Assembly (NCBI GenBank): GCA_044226015.1
Contig: JBGAHS010000005.1
Span: forward strand, 320,001 to 384,000
Reading direction: 5' to 3'
Source of the DNA: Candidatus Obscuribacteraceae bacterium
GTDB taxonomy: Bacteria; Cyanobacteriota; Vampirovibrionia; Obscuribacterales; Obscuribacteraceae
Length of the DNA stretch: 64,000 nt
Both the position numbers and the translations under genes were made by a program. This document shows positions 30,011 through 39,360 of the stretch, piece after piece. The notes below the pieces were generated by a model. That model searched no databases. It was not told the DNA's origin and was given only the letters and a program-made list of their open reading frames with translations. Numbering within the stretch: position 1 is the stretch's first letter; each line of letters begins with the position of its first letter.

Positions 30011-30039
30011 AATATGCCATACTTGTGTATGTCTGTCAA
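30011..30039 (-). promoter_or_regulatory. Sigma70-type promoter for the putative ncRNA
   Basis: TTGACA (30039-30034), 17 bp, CATATT (30016-30011) preceded by TGG. Confidence 0.65.
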
Positions 30040-30165
30040 TGGTATTTTTGCTCTATAAGCATGCAAGTACAGCCAATCTAGTTTTTTCTTGTAGCGCTTG
30101 ATGCGAACAAAGCTCCTTAAATCGCCGCACTTTGATCGAAGCTCTCAGGGAAATCCGCATGGACT

Positions 30166-30243
30166 TGCGGACTTCCGCAAAGTCAGGGGAAGTCTTAAAA
30201 CGCTGACGTTGTATGAGTTTTGGAGCATGTGCGGACTTCCGCA
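30166..30243. repeat. Two identical 14-bp near-palindromes TGCGGACTTCCGCA
   Basis: Copies at 30166-30179 and 30230-30243, 64 bp apart. Confidence 0.8.
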
Positions 30244-30493
30244 CTGTTTTGCGCTCCATTGAAATGGCTGTAAAGGTATTCAGAGCAATGCTTTTCAGTA
30301 AAATGAATGCTGCGAAAAGCCTTTCTGAAAAACAGCGAAATTGGCAAAGACATGACACCCGGAAAGCATTGAGCTGCAAATGTTTTAAGAATGTTTTGAT
30401 TTGCATGGGGAAACTACGTATGAGCACTGTCTAAGAAACATTCAATTTCGGTACATCCAATCACAGGGAGCAATCTACACAGGATTCAAAATC

Positions 30494-30820
30494 ATGAGCC
30501 ACGAAATTAACGACAAAGCCATGCCTAACAATAACAAGGCAGAATCTTCAGCTGAAGGACTCAACCTTCTAAGCGTAAATGAAACCGACAGAAAAGTTGG
30601 TCAAACAAGTGAAGTTAACGAAAACCATAGCGCTATGCTCGAAGCTAACGAAAGAGAAATCGCCGCGACAATGGAAAGAATTGCTGAAATTGGTAGGCGT
30701 GCTCTGATGTTTGCGCTTTGCGGCGAGTCAGAACATCTTGATACCATGAAAGAATCTGCTCGTAAGGGCGCAGCATCTAATGAACCAGCATACGTGGCAA
30801 TTGCAAAACAAATTTGCTAA
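30494..30820 (+). CDS. Hypothetical protein (108 aa)
   Basis: ATG 30494 after ACAGGA; acidic N-terminus and helical C-terminus; no recognised family. Confidence 0.55.
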   Translation: MSHEINDKAMPNNNKAESSAEGLNLLSVNETDRKVGQTSEVNENHSAMLEANEREIAATMERIAEIGRRALMFALCGESEHLDTMKESARKGAASNEPAYVAIAKQIC

Positions 30821-30847
30821 TTGAACAAGCGATTCCTGCAGGCAGGA

Positions 30848-32473
30848 CTATTCAGGAATTCGCAAATTCTCTAGTGCGTCAAGCAGTTCGGTGCGACTGG
30901 TAGTCGCAGTGCCAACTTTTCTGACCACCAGACCGGCAGCCAGATTACCCAGAGCCATAGCTTCGGTCATGCTTGCCCCAGTCACCATCGCCAGTGTCAT
31001 GGTCGAAACCACCGTATCGCCAGCGCCAGTCACATCAAAGACCTCACTCTTATTGAAAGCTGGTAGCTCAAACATTGAGTTGCCTTCTTGGAACAGAACC
31101 ATTCCGGCTCCGCCTCTTGTCAGAAGAACATTGTGCGCTCCGCTGATCTCAAGCATTTTTCGACCAGCTTCCTCAACTTCTTCTTTTGAATTTATTTTGA
31201 AACCAATCGCTGCCTCTGTGTCAGGTTGGTTTGGCGTAATCATGGCCGCGCCTTTGAACCGTTCAAATCTGTCCTGTGCATCAACGATTACGTGAAGATT
31301 CTTCTTTTGCGCAATTTCGAGAGTGCCTTCAACAATTCTGTCTGTTATCAGACCGCCTTTGTAATCACTCAAAATAATTGCATCATAAGATCCAGCTACC
31401 GAATCCAACCTGTCGATTACTCGACCTGCTATTTCGTCATTTAATTTCTCGTGAGAAATTCTGTCTAGCCTTAGCAATTGCTGTCTCAGTGCATGAGCAC
31501 TTGAGAGAATTCGAGTTTTTACAGTTGTAGGTCTGCTGGGGTCTTCAACTAAACCATGGGTGATACCAGCTTTTTCGAAGAGTCGAGCCAGCTTCTTCGC
31601 GTATTCGTCTCTGCCGCAGACTCCGATGGCGTGGCACATACCACCTAACGCCGCCAGGTTCGCTGCAGCATTTGAAGCACCACCGAGAATTAGCTCCGTT
31701 CCAACATGCTCTAGTATCAATACTGGTGCTTCTCTGGATATACGTTCTGGTCTGCCTTCCAGAAGTTCATCTATAAGTAGATCGCCAACAACTATCACTC
31801 TGCCACCAGCAAGGGCATTGACTCGCGACCTCAGTCTTCTTCGACTCAGCCCGGTATCTGGCGGAATCGCTACGAGTGTATGTGGTGCCATCGCGATATC
31901 TTGAGGGTGCATCTTTTCCAGTTCCTTCATTAACTGTCTGCCAATCTGGTTTGTTGGATCTAAACCGAGTAGGAGATCTCGGGCTCGCTTCTCTTCTTCG
32001 AGGTATTTTACCTCTTGGTAAACCCGCCGTAGTTGCAACGCTGACATAACCGCATCGGGAATGCTCTGCGCGCTTGACAACCGATCCCTATTTGAACTTA
32101 TCTCCGTCAGTTCTGTACTTGATAATTTATGCTCATCAGGCAGCTTTGTGTCATTCAAAAAATTACTAATCAAGTTCTTGAGTTCATGTGCTGGCTTGTC
32201 ATGATCAGGTTTAAGAAAATCCGCCTTCTTCAAGACAAAGGGCGGTCCTTGCCCGGGCGTGAATCCAAATGTTCTTGAGGAAAGTTGAAGATCAATTTTG
32301 CTCAAATTTGGATCATCTTGTTTGGTCTCGTGCTTCTGGCGAGTATTTTGGGATTCCAAGTCCTTTTGCGAAAAACTATTCTCCGCTTGCTTTTCGGGAT
32401 TATCTTTCCTCTCGGCATTCTCTTTTTTCTGTTCTTCAGGTCTCGAATTGAACGGGTCTGTCATCTTGGCCAC
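30848..32473 (-). CDS. Heptose-7-phosphate kinase (RfaE/HldE kinase domain, PfkB family) with long N-terminal extension
   Basis: VVGDLLIDE, RISREAPV, TTVKTR, SDYKGG, ITPN, DVTGAGDTV. Confidence 0.9.
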   Translation of the reverse strand: MAKMTDPFNSRPEEQKKENAERKDNPEKQAENSFSQKDLESQNTRQKHETKQDDPNLSKIDLQLSSRTFGFTPGQGPPFVLKKADFLKPDHDKPAHELKNLISNFLNDTKLPDEHKLSSTELTEISSNRDRLSSAQSIPDAVMSALQLRRVYQEVKYLEEEKRARDLLLGLDPTNQIGRQLMKELEKMHPQDIAMAPHTLVAIPPDTGLSRRRLRSRVNALAGGRVIVVGDLLIDELLEGRPERISREAPVLILEHVGTELILGGASNAAANLAALGGMCHAIGVCGRDEYAKKLARLFEKAGITHGLVEDPSRPTTVKTRILSSAHALRQQLLRLDRISHEKLNDEIAGRVIDRLDSVAGSYDAIILSDYKGGLITDRIVEGTLEIAQKKNLHVIVDAQDRFERFKGAAMITPNQPDTEAAIGFKINSKEEVEEAGRKMLEISGAHNVLLTRGGAGMVLFQEGNSMFELPAFNKSEVFDVTGAGDTVVSTMTLAMVTGASMTEAMALGNLAAGLVVRKVGTATTSRTELLDALENLRIPE

Positions 32474-32601
32474 CCAAATGTTCTCACCTTAGTATTTTAA
32501 CTTGTCGCCCTTAACATGGACTTATGTTAGAATCAAGAGACTTACTAGGCACCGTATTTGGTTGTCATTTTTTTTCAATAATGCTCGGAGAGGGGATATC
32601 G

Positions 32602-33132
32602 ATGGCGTTAGCAAATAAGAAAGTTCTCTTGGCAGGACTCGCTGCACTGATGACAGTTGGGTTTGCACAAGTGTCCAAAGCTGATGAACCTTCGTTGCGA
32701 ACAACGGTTCCAACAAGCGTAAGTTCTACTCCAGTAACTCCTGAGCGAATCAAGAAGGATTATTGGATTGCCTATCGTATGGCTAAGTACGAGTGGCTCG
32801 ATAAAGTTGTTGAAGCTGATCCACGCATTGTAGCTGCTATATGTACACACGCGTTTCCGGCCGCTGTATTAGCTAAGCACAGACACCTTGATAAAATTGC
32901 CGAAGCTGATCATTACACCTGCCGTCGTTTGACGCAGTGGGAAAACGCAACCCAGAAGTTATTGCGCAATCCTAATGCCGATAAAGTAATCGCACTCGAT
33001 CCTCAAGGAATGGTTTTTGCGATGAACCGCAAGCCAGAATATGCGCGCTTGATTGCAAGACACACAATGTTCAACAACCTGGCTGACTTGAGTCGCGATT
33101 TCCCAAGGGAAATGCAAAGACACATCCGCTAG
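32602..33132 (+). CDS. Exported hypothetical protein with ~30-aa helical repeats
   Basis: Signal peptide (SKA-D); LDKVVEADP / LDKIAEADH / ADKVIALDP at 30-aa spacing. Confidence 0.7.
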   Translation: MALANKKVLLAGLAALMTVGFAQVSKADEPSLRTTVPTSVSSTPVTPERIKKDYWIAYRMAKYEWLDKVVEADPRIVAAICTHAFPAAVLAKHRHLDKIAEADHYTCRRLTQWENATQKLLRNPNADKVIALDPQGMVFAMNRKPEYARLIARHTMFNNLADLSRDFPREMQRHIR

Positions 33133-33148
33133 TCATCGCGGTAGAAAA

Positions 33149-33961
33149 ATGAGTACTGATCAGTGGGCACGAATCTTTGAGATCGTGCCCATTGGTTTGT
33201 TTTCAGGACTTCTTGCTGGTGCATTCGGTGTTGGTGGTGGCATTATTTCGGTGCCACTGGTGAGGCATGTCTTAGGTTTGACTGCTCATGAAGCTGTTGG
33301 AAGTACGCTTGCGATGATACTTCCAACGGCAGCAATTGGTGTTTTCAATTATTTGAAGCAGGGAAAAATTGTTCCTCGGCTTGCTCTTATTTCGAGTTTG
33401 CCCGCCATTATAGGTACTGTAATTGCATCGGAATACAGCCACAATGTTAACGGTTCCGTTCTGATGTTGATGCTTGCTGGGCTGATGCTTTTAGTTGCGT
33501 TTGACTTTCTTACTGGTGCTGGAGCTAAACTTAAGGCAAAATCTGGCGACGAGAGTAGTGAAGATGATGTCCTCGTTATGGACAAGCGCAAGTCTCTCAT
33601 TGCGGCTTTCATCGGCTTAGTTGTTGGGCTCATGTCCGGCTTGCTTGGTATAGGTGGCGGCTTCGTGATGGTGCCGGCTTATTGTTATTTTCTGGGTTTG
33701 CCACTCAAAGCCGCTTTTGGAACATCTCTGATAGTGGTGGCTTTGGTTGCGTTGCCGGGGACAGTTGTGCATGCAATGCACAAACATGTTTTGTGGTGGG
33801 TTGTTATCCCCATGTTAGGCGGAAGCTTGCCTGGAGCCTGGCTTGGAAGTTATTTTTCACTGAAAGCTAAGGACCAAAACCTGCGCACCGTATTTGGCAT
33901 CATTCTAATTGTGATGGCAATCGTTTTTGCCGCGCGAGAATTGAACATTGGACCGCACTAG
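33149..33961 (+). CDS. Sulfite exporter TauE/SafE family
   Basis: Duplicated G.FGVGGG..VP / GLLGIGGG..VP motifs; about 8 TM helices. Confidence 0.92.
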   Translation: MSTDQWARIFEIVPIGLFSGLLAGAFGVGGGIISVPLVRHVLGLTAHEAVGSTLAMILPTAAIGVFNYLKQGKIVPRLALISSLPAIIGTVIASEYSHNVNGSVLMLMLAGLMLLVAFDFLTGAGAKLKAKSGDESSEDDVLVMDKRKSLIAAFIGLVVGLMSGLLGIGGGFVMVPAYCYFLGLPLKAAFGTSLIVVALVALPGTVVHAMHKHVLWWVVIPMLGGSLPGAWLGSYFSLKAKDQNLRTVFGIILIVMAIVFAARELNIGPH

Positions 33962-35943
33962 TACGCGTATTTATCTGCTTGCAGTTTATAGAGTCGTGCG
34001 TATTCGCCTTTCAGCGCCATTAACTCATCATGCGAGCCTTGCTCAGTAATTTCTCCGTTTGCCAGGTACATAATCAGGTCTGCCATTCGCACTGTGGAAA
34101 ACCTGTGAGAAATTAGGACGGTGGTTTTGCCCTTGGTTAATTCCTGAAATTGAACAAATAACTCGTGTTCTGACTCCACGTCAAGAGATGCTGTTGGTTC
34201 ATCAAGAATGAGAACCTGTGCGAATTTGCCATCTTTGTATGACTCATCTTTCGGAGCCACTCGCATAAACAATCTTGAAAGGGCGATTTTTTGCCACTGC
34301 CCTCCGGATAAATTCGTGTGTTTGTCGTCTTCCTCATAGTACGCTCGAAGATTCGAATCATAAGCATTGTCAAGCTTCGATATGAAATCGTGTGCGCCGC
34401 CTCTTTTCGCAGCTTCGCTAATGCGTTGCTCGTCCTCAATGAAGTTGACGTTTCCGAGTCCGATATTCTCTCCGATCGTGAGGTTGTATTGTGCAAAGTC
34501 TTGAAAGATTACGCCTATTTGCGCTCGCCAACTATCAACGTCGATGTCACTGAGTTTGATACCATCCACCAGAATTTCACCCGCGCTAGGTTTGTAGAGG
34601 CAACTCAATATTTTCACTAAGGTTGTTTTTCCCGCTCCGTTTTCACCAACGAGAGCTACTTTCTGTCCCGGTTTAATAGTAAAATTGATGTCTTTCAAAA
34701 CCTCATAATCACTATTGGCATAGTGAAATTTGACATTTTTGAATTCAATTCCCTTTGCGATCGGAGCGGGTGCTTGCAACTTCCATTCGTTTTCGGATTC
34801 CTTTGGAGTGCTTTCTTTGTGATGATCTTTCTCCATGAATTCAAAATATGTATTCAGGAATTGACAGTGTTCGTAAAGACCGGAAACTGCCCAAATAAAT
34901 TCACTAACGCATTTGTACAGACGCATGGTGTAGTTTGTCTGTATGTAAAAGTCCCCAAGAGTGAGCTTTCCTGCTAGAGTCTTAAACGCAATAATCGCGT
35001 ATGCCGCGCGATCAAACAAGCTGAAAAGTATTCGCAGAAAAACTGCCTTCGTTGCCCGTTTTTTGTGAGCAAGTTTTTCTTTGGCGATAAATGCTGATGA
35101 TGCTTGTAAAAATCTGCCGACAAAGAATTCGCCGAGACTGAATAAACGCAATTCTGGAATGTTACCTCGTTGAGTAACGGTTTGCGAGAAGTAGCTCATG
35201 CGCCTACCTTCAGGAGATCTCCACAAAGACTGTCTCCACATCTCTCGTGAGTTTTGAAATTCCACAATCACGCTTGGAATTGCTCCGAGGACTATAAACA
35301 CCATGAGAAGCGGCTGGCAAAGAACTAAGCTAGTTGCCACAACCATTGTTGTAGTGCCTAAATTCCACAACCAAATCAAAGACTGAAGGATTGATGGAAT
35401 TCTCCAATCTTCGTTCGTCAAGTGTGTTGCGGCTGGGTTCGGTCCGTCAAATTCAGAGAGATCTTCAATTTCGTTTGCTTTCCTCATTACAGAAACTTTG
35501 ACCTTCTGCATTATGAGGCTGGATAAAATTGCATCGACCGCTTTTCTTGATGGCTCTATTGCAGAACTCACAGCCTCAAGTAAGGTAAAAGTTCCCAGTA
35601 GCCACCAGAGTTTTTGCGCTGCAGCTGAGCTGGCGATATTTAATAGATTGTGGACGGATTGGAATTCCCCAGTTGATGCTACGAGGTGATCCACAATAAC
35701 TTTTGCCAACCATATGTTGATCAATGGAATGTTGCTTTGCGCTAGACCAATCATCACTGCCAGGCTTGCGTATTTTGGGTTGGTTTCCCAGATAAGCATG
35801 AGCGTCTTTGGAATTGTTCGAAAGGACTTTAAGACTTCGGTGCCTTGCGACCACCAATCATCTTTAGTGGAACCTTCGCTCTTGCTCATTCCGCTTTCCT
35901 CTTTGTTTGAAACTAACTCCTGGTTGTAGTTGCCATCTGGCAT
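33958..35943 (-). CDS. ABC exporter, fused permease/ATPase
   Basis: GENGAGKTT, LSGGQWQ, ILDEPT, ISHRFSTV. Confidence 0.93.
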   Translation of the reverse strand: MPDGNYNQELVSNKEESGMSKSEGSTKDDWWSQGTEVLKSFRTIPKTLMLIWETNPKYASLAVMIGLAQSNIPLINIWLAKVIVDHLVASTGEFQSVHNLLNIASSAAAQKLWWLLGTFTLLEAVSSAIEPSRKAVDAILSSLIMQKVKVSVMRKANEIEDLSEFDGPNPAATHLTNEDWRIPSILQSLIWLWNLGTTTMVVATSLVLCQPLLMVFIVLGAIPSVIVEFQNSREMWRQSLWRSPEGRRMSYFSQTVTQRGNIPELRLFSLGEFFVGRFLQASSAFIAKEKLAHKKRATKAVFLRILFSLFDRAAYAIIAFKTLAGKLTLGDFYIQTNYTMRLYKCVSEFIWAVSGLYEHCQFLNTYFEFMEKDHHKESTPKESENEWKLQAPAPIAKGIEFKNVKFHYANSDYEVLKDINFTIKPGQKVALVGENGAGKTTLVKILSCLYKPSAGEILVDGIKLSDIDVDSWRAQIGVIFQDFAQYNLTIGENIGLGNVNFIEDEQRISEAAKRGGAHDFISKLDNAYDSNLRAYYEEDDKHTNLSGGQWQKIALSRLFMRVAPKDESYKDGKFAQVLILDEPTASLDVESEHELFVQFQELTKGKTTVLISHRFSTVRMADLIMYLANGEITEQGSHDELMALKGEYARLYKLQADKYAY

Positions 35944-36098
35944 TCCTTCAGATTTACAAGTGAATCATGATATAGGTCACTTCCGATAAACTGAAACGTA
36001 TGGCACGCATATTCCTTCCTGATAAGCAGTAGAAGACTTTCGAGTCTTTTCGATTTTGCCAGGCTGATAGGGCATAATATTGGTGGGGAGAGTCTAGC

Positions 36099-36650
36099 AT
36101 GTTTCATCACCGCCTCTTAGAATTAGAAGCTGAATTGGCTGCCAAAGAGCAGAGCAAGCACAACATTTCTGTGCTGGCGCCCGCATGTGTTGGCATTCTT
36201 GATTTTGTGCAAAAAGACATTGAGGTCAGAATAGGAGATAAGGTTCCCAAAGATTGGAAAGGTTGGGTATCCTATCGTCGCAATAACAACTCTATGGTTG
36301 TTCTTCGAGGACGTTCTTTCAAGGCCGGCATGTTTGGCAGTACGAAGGCCGGTTTTGATGTTCCGATGGGGTTGGACTCTATAACCGAGATTGAGCGTGG
36401 ATTTGATGTCTCGCCCCCTCAAGATCTCGACCATCTTTTGTTGAATTTTGGTATGGACAAAGATTCGTACCGTGTCTTTCTCTGGTACGGAGAGAATATT
36501 GCTCCATACAAACTGGTATTTGCAGCAGATGTTGAAGACGAGCCTCATAAAGAACTCGGTGAGGCGGTTGTAGAGGCTTGCATTTGGATTTTGAAGCGGC
36601 CAAAACATCAAACTCTAGAAGCCTTTTTGAAGTCTCAACAAACGCAGTAG
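36099..36650 (+). CDS. Hypothetical protein
   Basis: 183-aa ORF, GGAG RBS, globular composition. Confidence 0.6.
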   Translation: MFHHRLLELEAELAAKEQSKHNISVLAPACVGILDFVQKDIEVRIGDKVPKDWKGWVSYRRNNNSMVVLRGRSFKAGMFGSTKAGFDVPMGLDSITEIERGFDVSPPQDLDHLLLNFGMDKDSYRVFLWYGENIAPYKLVFAADVEDEPHKELGEAVVEACIWILKRPKHQTLEAFLKSQQTQ

Positions 36651-36712
36651 AAGAAATAGATCTGAAAAGTCGTGATGGATCCCCCAGGCAGTCTGGACAT
36701 GAAGCTTCCGAT

Positions 36713-38680
36713 CTAGATCATATTTTGTGATGTAGTGGTTCTGAGTTCAGCGGAGCCTGAGTTGAGCATTGATTTAAGCGCTTGCGCAGTTGCTGGTCGC
36801 TCTTCTTTATCTTTTGCAAGGCAGGCTTTAACAGCATTTTGTATTCGGTCTGGAATGCGAAGACTCTTAGGCATAGCAGGAACTTCTCCAAATGCATGGG
36901 CTTGCAAAACTTCAAAAATGGAATTCCTTTCAAAAGGTGAAAACCCGGCAATTGCTTCGTACATCATGCAACCTATCGAATAAAGGTCGGCTCGTCCATC
37001 AAGTGGTTTGCCTTCCCATTGTTCCGGACTCATATAGAGTGGGCTTCCGAAAACCTCTCCGGTGCGTGTCAGTCGATTTGCTTCTGATTCATTTCCAGCT
37101 TTTGCAATTCCAAAGTCGACTATTTTTGCTAATTCTTTTCCATCTTCTTGTTCGACGAGCATAATGTTTCCTGGCTTCAGATCTCTATGAACAATACCGC
37201 TTGCATGTACCTGCTCCAGCCCGTCCAATACTTGTGAAAAGATAAGATCAAATTGCGCAACGTCTATTCGCTTGCATTCATCAAGAAGGTCTTGCAGCGT
37301 TCTACCCTTGATAAAATCCATCAGCAGGTATGGTTGACCTGTACGCGAAATACCGAAATCATGAATTCTTATCAGGTTAGGATGCTCAAGCTTACTGGCC
37401 GTTTTTGCTTCATGCTGAAAGCGCTTAATATGGAGAGAATCTGAAGCGATATTTTCGTTCAGTATTTTTATTGCAAAAATCTTGTTGTCTAAAAATAGAT
37501 GTCTTGCCTTGTAAACTGTGGCCATGCCACCACTTCCGAGTTCTTCTGTAATAAAGTACTTGTCGGCAAATGCCGTTCCGACTATTGAGCTGTCGGCGAT
37601 TTTGACAAGCTCTTCGTTGTCTTCTGGACAAATCTCAATATCCATTTTGAATTCTTTTGTACAAGTAAGGCAGATATTGCGAAGCTTTGCCGCTGTATGT
37701 GAGCCCGTGTTTTGAGCGATTTGCCGGGCCATCTCTTTCGTAAAATGGAGTTCTGTTTTTTCCAATTTTTGCTCTGATTCCACTTGCTTTTGTTCGGCTT
37801 CTTTTCGCTTGCTGTCGATGAGGTCTAGCGACCGTGCACTCCAAATGACCACAGCTATCAAAGATGCAAAAACAAGAATTCCAAATACAGCCCAGCCAAA
37901 TGCGGCATCATAAAGACCGGCAGATACACCCAGGTCTCTGATCACCAGGCTTATGGGAATTGCAAGAACGAAGGTAATGAAACGCCGCGCAATGCGCCCC
38001 CCAAGGCTGTCAGTGACAAAAATTTTGACACTCTCACATTCAGGCGTCGCACAAAGATTGGCTGCCGAAAGCAGTGTGAACAAAGCTGATATTGTGAAAG
38101 GCATTCTTACGCAACCAAACATGGTGCATAAAGTGTCAACACCACAGAGAAACCCAAAGAACACAAAAAGTGAAAGCAGCATGGAAGCGAAACTCAAAGA
38201 CTGCCATAGCCATTGGAGTCTATGACCATTCAGAGTTGATGTAGCAAGGGACAGTGAAAGAAGAATGAAATTGAGCGCGATGTTTGCTGCCATGGGACCC
38301 GGAAATGTTATACCGGCGGAGTCTTCATTTGGTGCGTAAATTTTGAATGCAAGATCAAAGTCTAGATTTGCAATTCCTTCAACAAACAATACAGTGCTAA
38401 AAATAAAAACCATCGTTGAAATTGCGATTCCAGGAATTACCAGAACCGCACGTCGCTCAGAAAAATGAATCAAGAGAAGAGAGAGTGAGCAAAGCAAAAG
38501 CGATAGAGCGTTTGATGAGCGCAGCAACATGCGAGAGCCCATCATAAGTGTTTTGAGTGAGTCTATGTCAAACGCCCATCCGATCAGGCATGAAACGGTT
38601 AAGAATACAGAACCTATGACTATCGCTGTAGCAATGTATCGCGATCGGTTGATTAATTCAGCGTTTAGTTCTTGAACCAA
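36713..38680 (-). CDS. Polytopic-membrane sensor Ser/Thr protein kinase
   Basis: About 8 TM helices, CLTC...CPED linker, GSGGMA, AIK, HRDLKPGN, DFG, GSPLYMSPE. Confidence 0.92.
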   Translation of the reverse strand: MVQELNAELINRSRYIATAIVIGSVFLTVSCLIGWAFDIDSLKTLMMGSRMLLRSSNALSLLLCSLSLLLIHFSERRAVLVIPGIAISTMVFIFSTVLFVEGIANLDFDLAFKIYAPNEDSAGITFPGPMAANIALNFILLSLSLATSTLNGHRLQWLWQSLSFASMLLSLFVFFGFLCGVDTLCTMFGCVRMPFTISALFTLLSAANLCATPECESVKIFVTDSLGGRIARRFITFVLAIPISLVIRDLGVSAGLYDAAFGWAVFGILVFASLIAVVIWSARSLDLIDSKRKEAEQKQVESEQKLEKTELHFTKEMARQIAQNTGSHTAAKLRNICLTCTKEFKMDIEICPEDNEELVKIADSSIVGTAFADKYFITEELGSGGMATVYKARHLFLDNKIFAIKILNENIASDSLHIKRFQHEAKTASKLEHPNLIRIHDFGISRTGQPYLLMDFIKGRTLQDLLDECKRIDVAQFDLIFSQVLDGLEQVHASGIVHRDLKPGNIMLVEQEDGKELAKIVDFGIAKAGNESEANRLTRTGEVFGSPLYMSPEQWEGKPLDGRADLYSIGCMMYEAIAGFSPFERNSIFEVLQAHAFGEVPAMPKSLRIPDRIQNAVKACLAKDKEERPATAQALKSMLNSGSAELRTTTSQNMI

Positions 38681-38710
38681 AATGTAGACCCTATTCCACC
38701 TCGGAATATC

Positions 38711-39148
38711 TTATTTCTTTAGCGCCTTATCAATTGCGGACTGATAGACCGCTTTTTCTTTGAAGCCTTGAAGCTCTTTTACGCGTTTGCCCTGACTGTT
38801 GAAGATGCCCACAATCGGAGCTTGATCTGTTGATTCAGTAAAAAACTTGCTGACCCCAAGCGTTTCTGCTACTTTGCTAGATTCTGGAATTGTACCGGTG
38901 TTCAACTCCGCAAGCTTAACCTTGGGTCCATATGATTCCACCAACTTTTGCATCATTGGTCGAACCTTTGTGCAAGTAATGTGGCAGTCCTGATCGTAAA
39001 CGAGGACAACGAGCAGGTCTGGTTTTGTTAGGCTGTTCTGATAAGTCGATGATTGATCTGCCCAGGACGGTACTACCATCATGACTCCCTGAGAGCAAAG
39101 TGAGAGAAATATTCCAGTTAGTGTAATTCCTTTTCGCGTCATGCTCAC
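38711..39148 (-). CDS. Exported thioredoxin-like protein (CxxxC)
   Basis: Signal peptide, VVLVYDQDCHITC..VRP, P.VGIFNSQGK...GF. Confidence 0.7.
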   Translation of the reverse strand: MSMTRKGITLTGIFLSLCSQGVMMVVPSWADQSSTYQNSLTKPDLLVVLVYDQDCHITCTKVRPMMQKLVESYGPKVKLAELNTGTIPESSKVAETLGVSKFFTESTDQAPIVGIFNSQGKRVKELQGFKEKAVYQSAIDKALKK

Positions 39149-39306
39149 AAAAACGTCCCTCTAGCCACTGTCATTTATCATTTACCACAAATCCGTCCCC
39201 TACAGTCAATACTCGACCGTGAACGTGACAGGGAACACTCGGAGAACGTAGTCCTATCGGACGGGACGTGCATTAGTTCAGTCAATATAGAGCTCTCCCA
39301 AATGTA

Positions 39307-39333
39307 TCGGGAAGTCTGAATTAGACTTCCCGA
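39307..39333. terminator. Perfect 11-bp hairpin downstream of the SPFH gene
   Basis: TCGGGAAGTCT-GAATT-AGACTTCCCGA; no clear U-tract. Confidence 0.45.
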
Positions 39334-39360
39334 CAGCTTCCTATAATCTGCGCACTTAAA

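Noticed and set aside
29806..30066. 86-aa minus-strand ORF over the GC-rich island
   Set aside because: Its start lies upstream of the promoter, it has no RBS or protein-like motif, and RNA pairing explains the sequence better.
29489..30494. Replication origin
   Set aside because: No cluster of TTATCCACA-type DnaA boxes seen.
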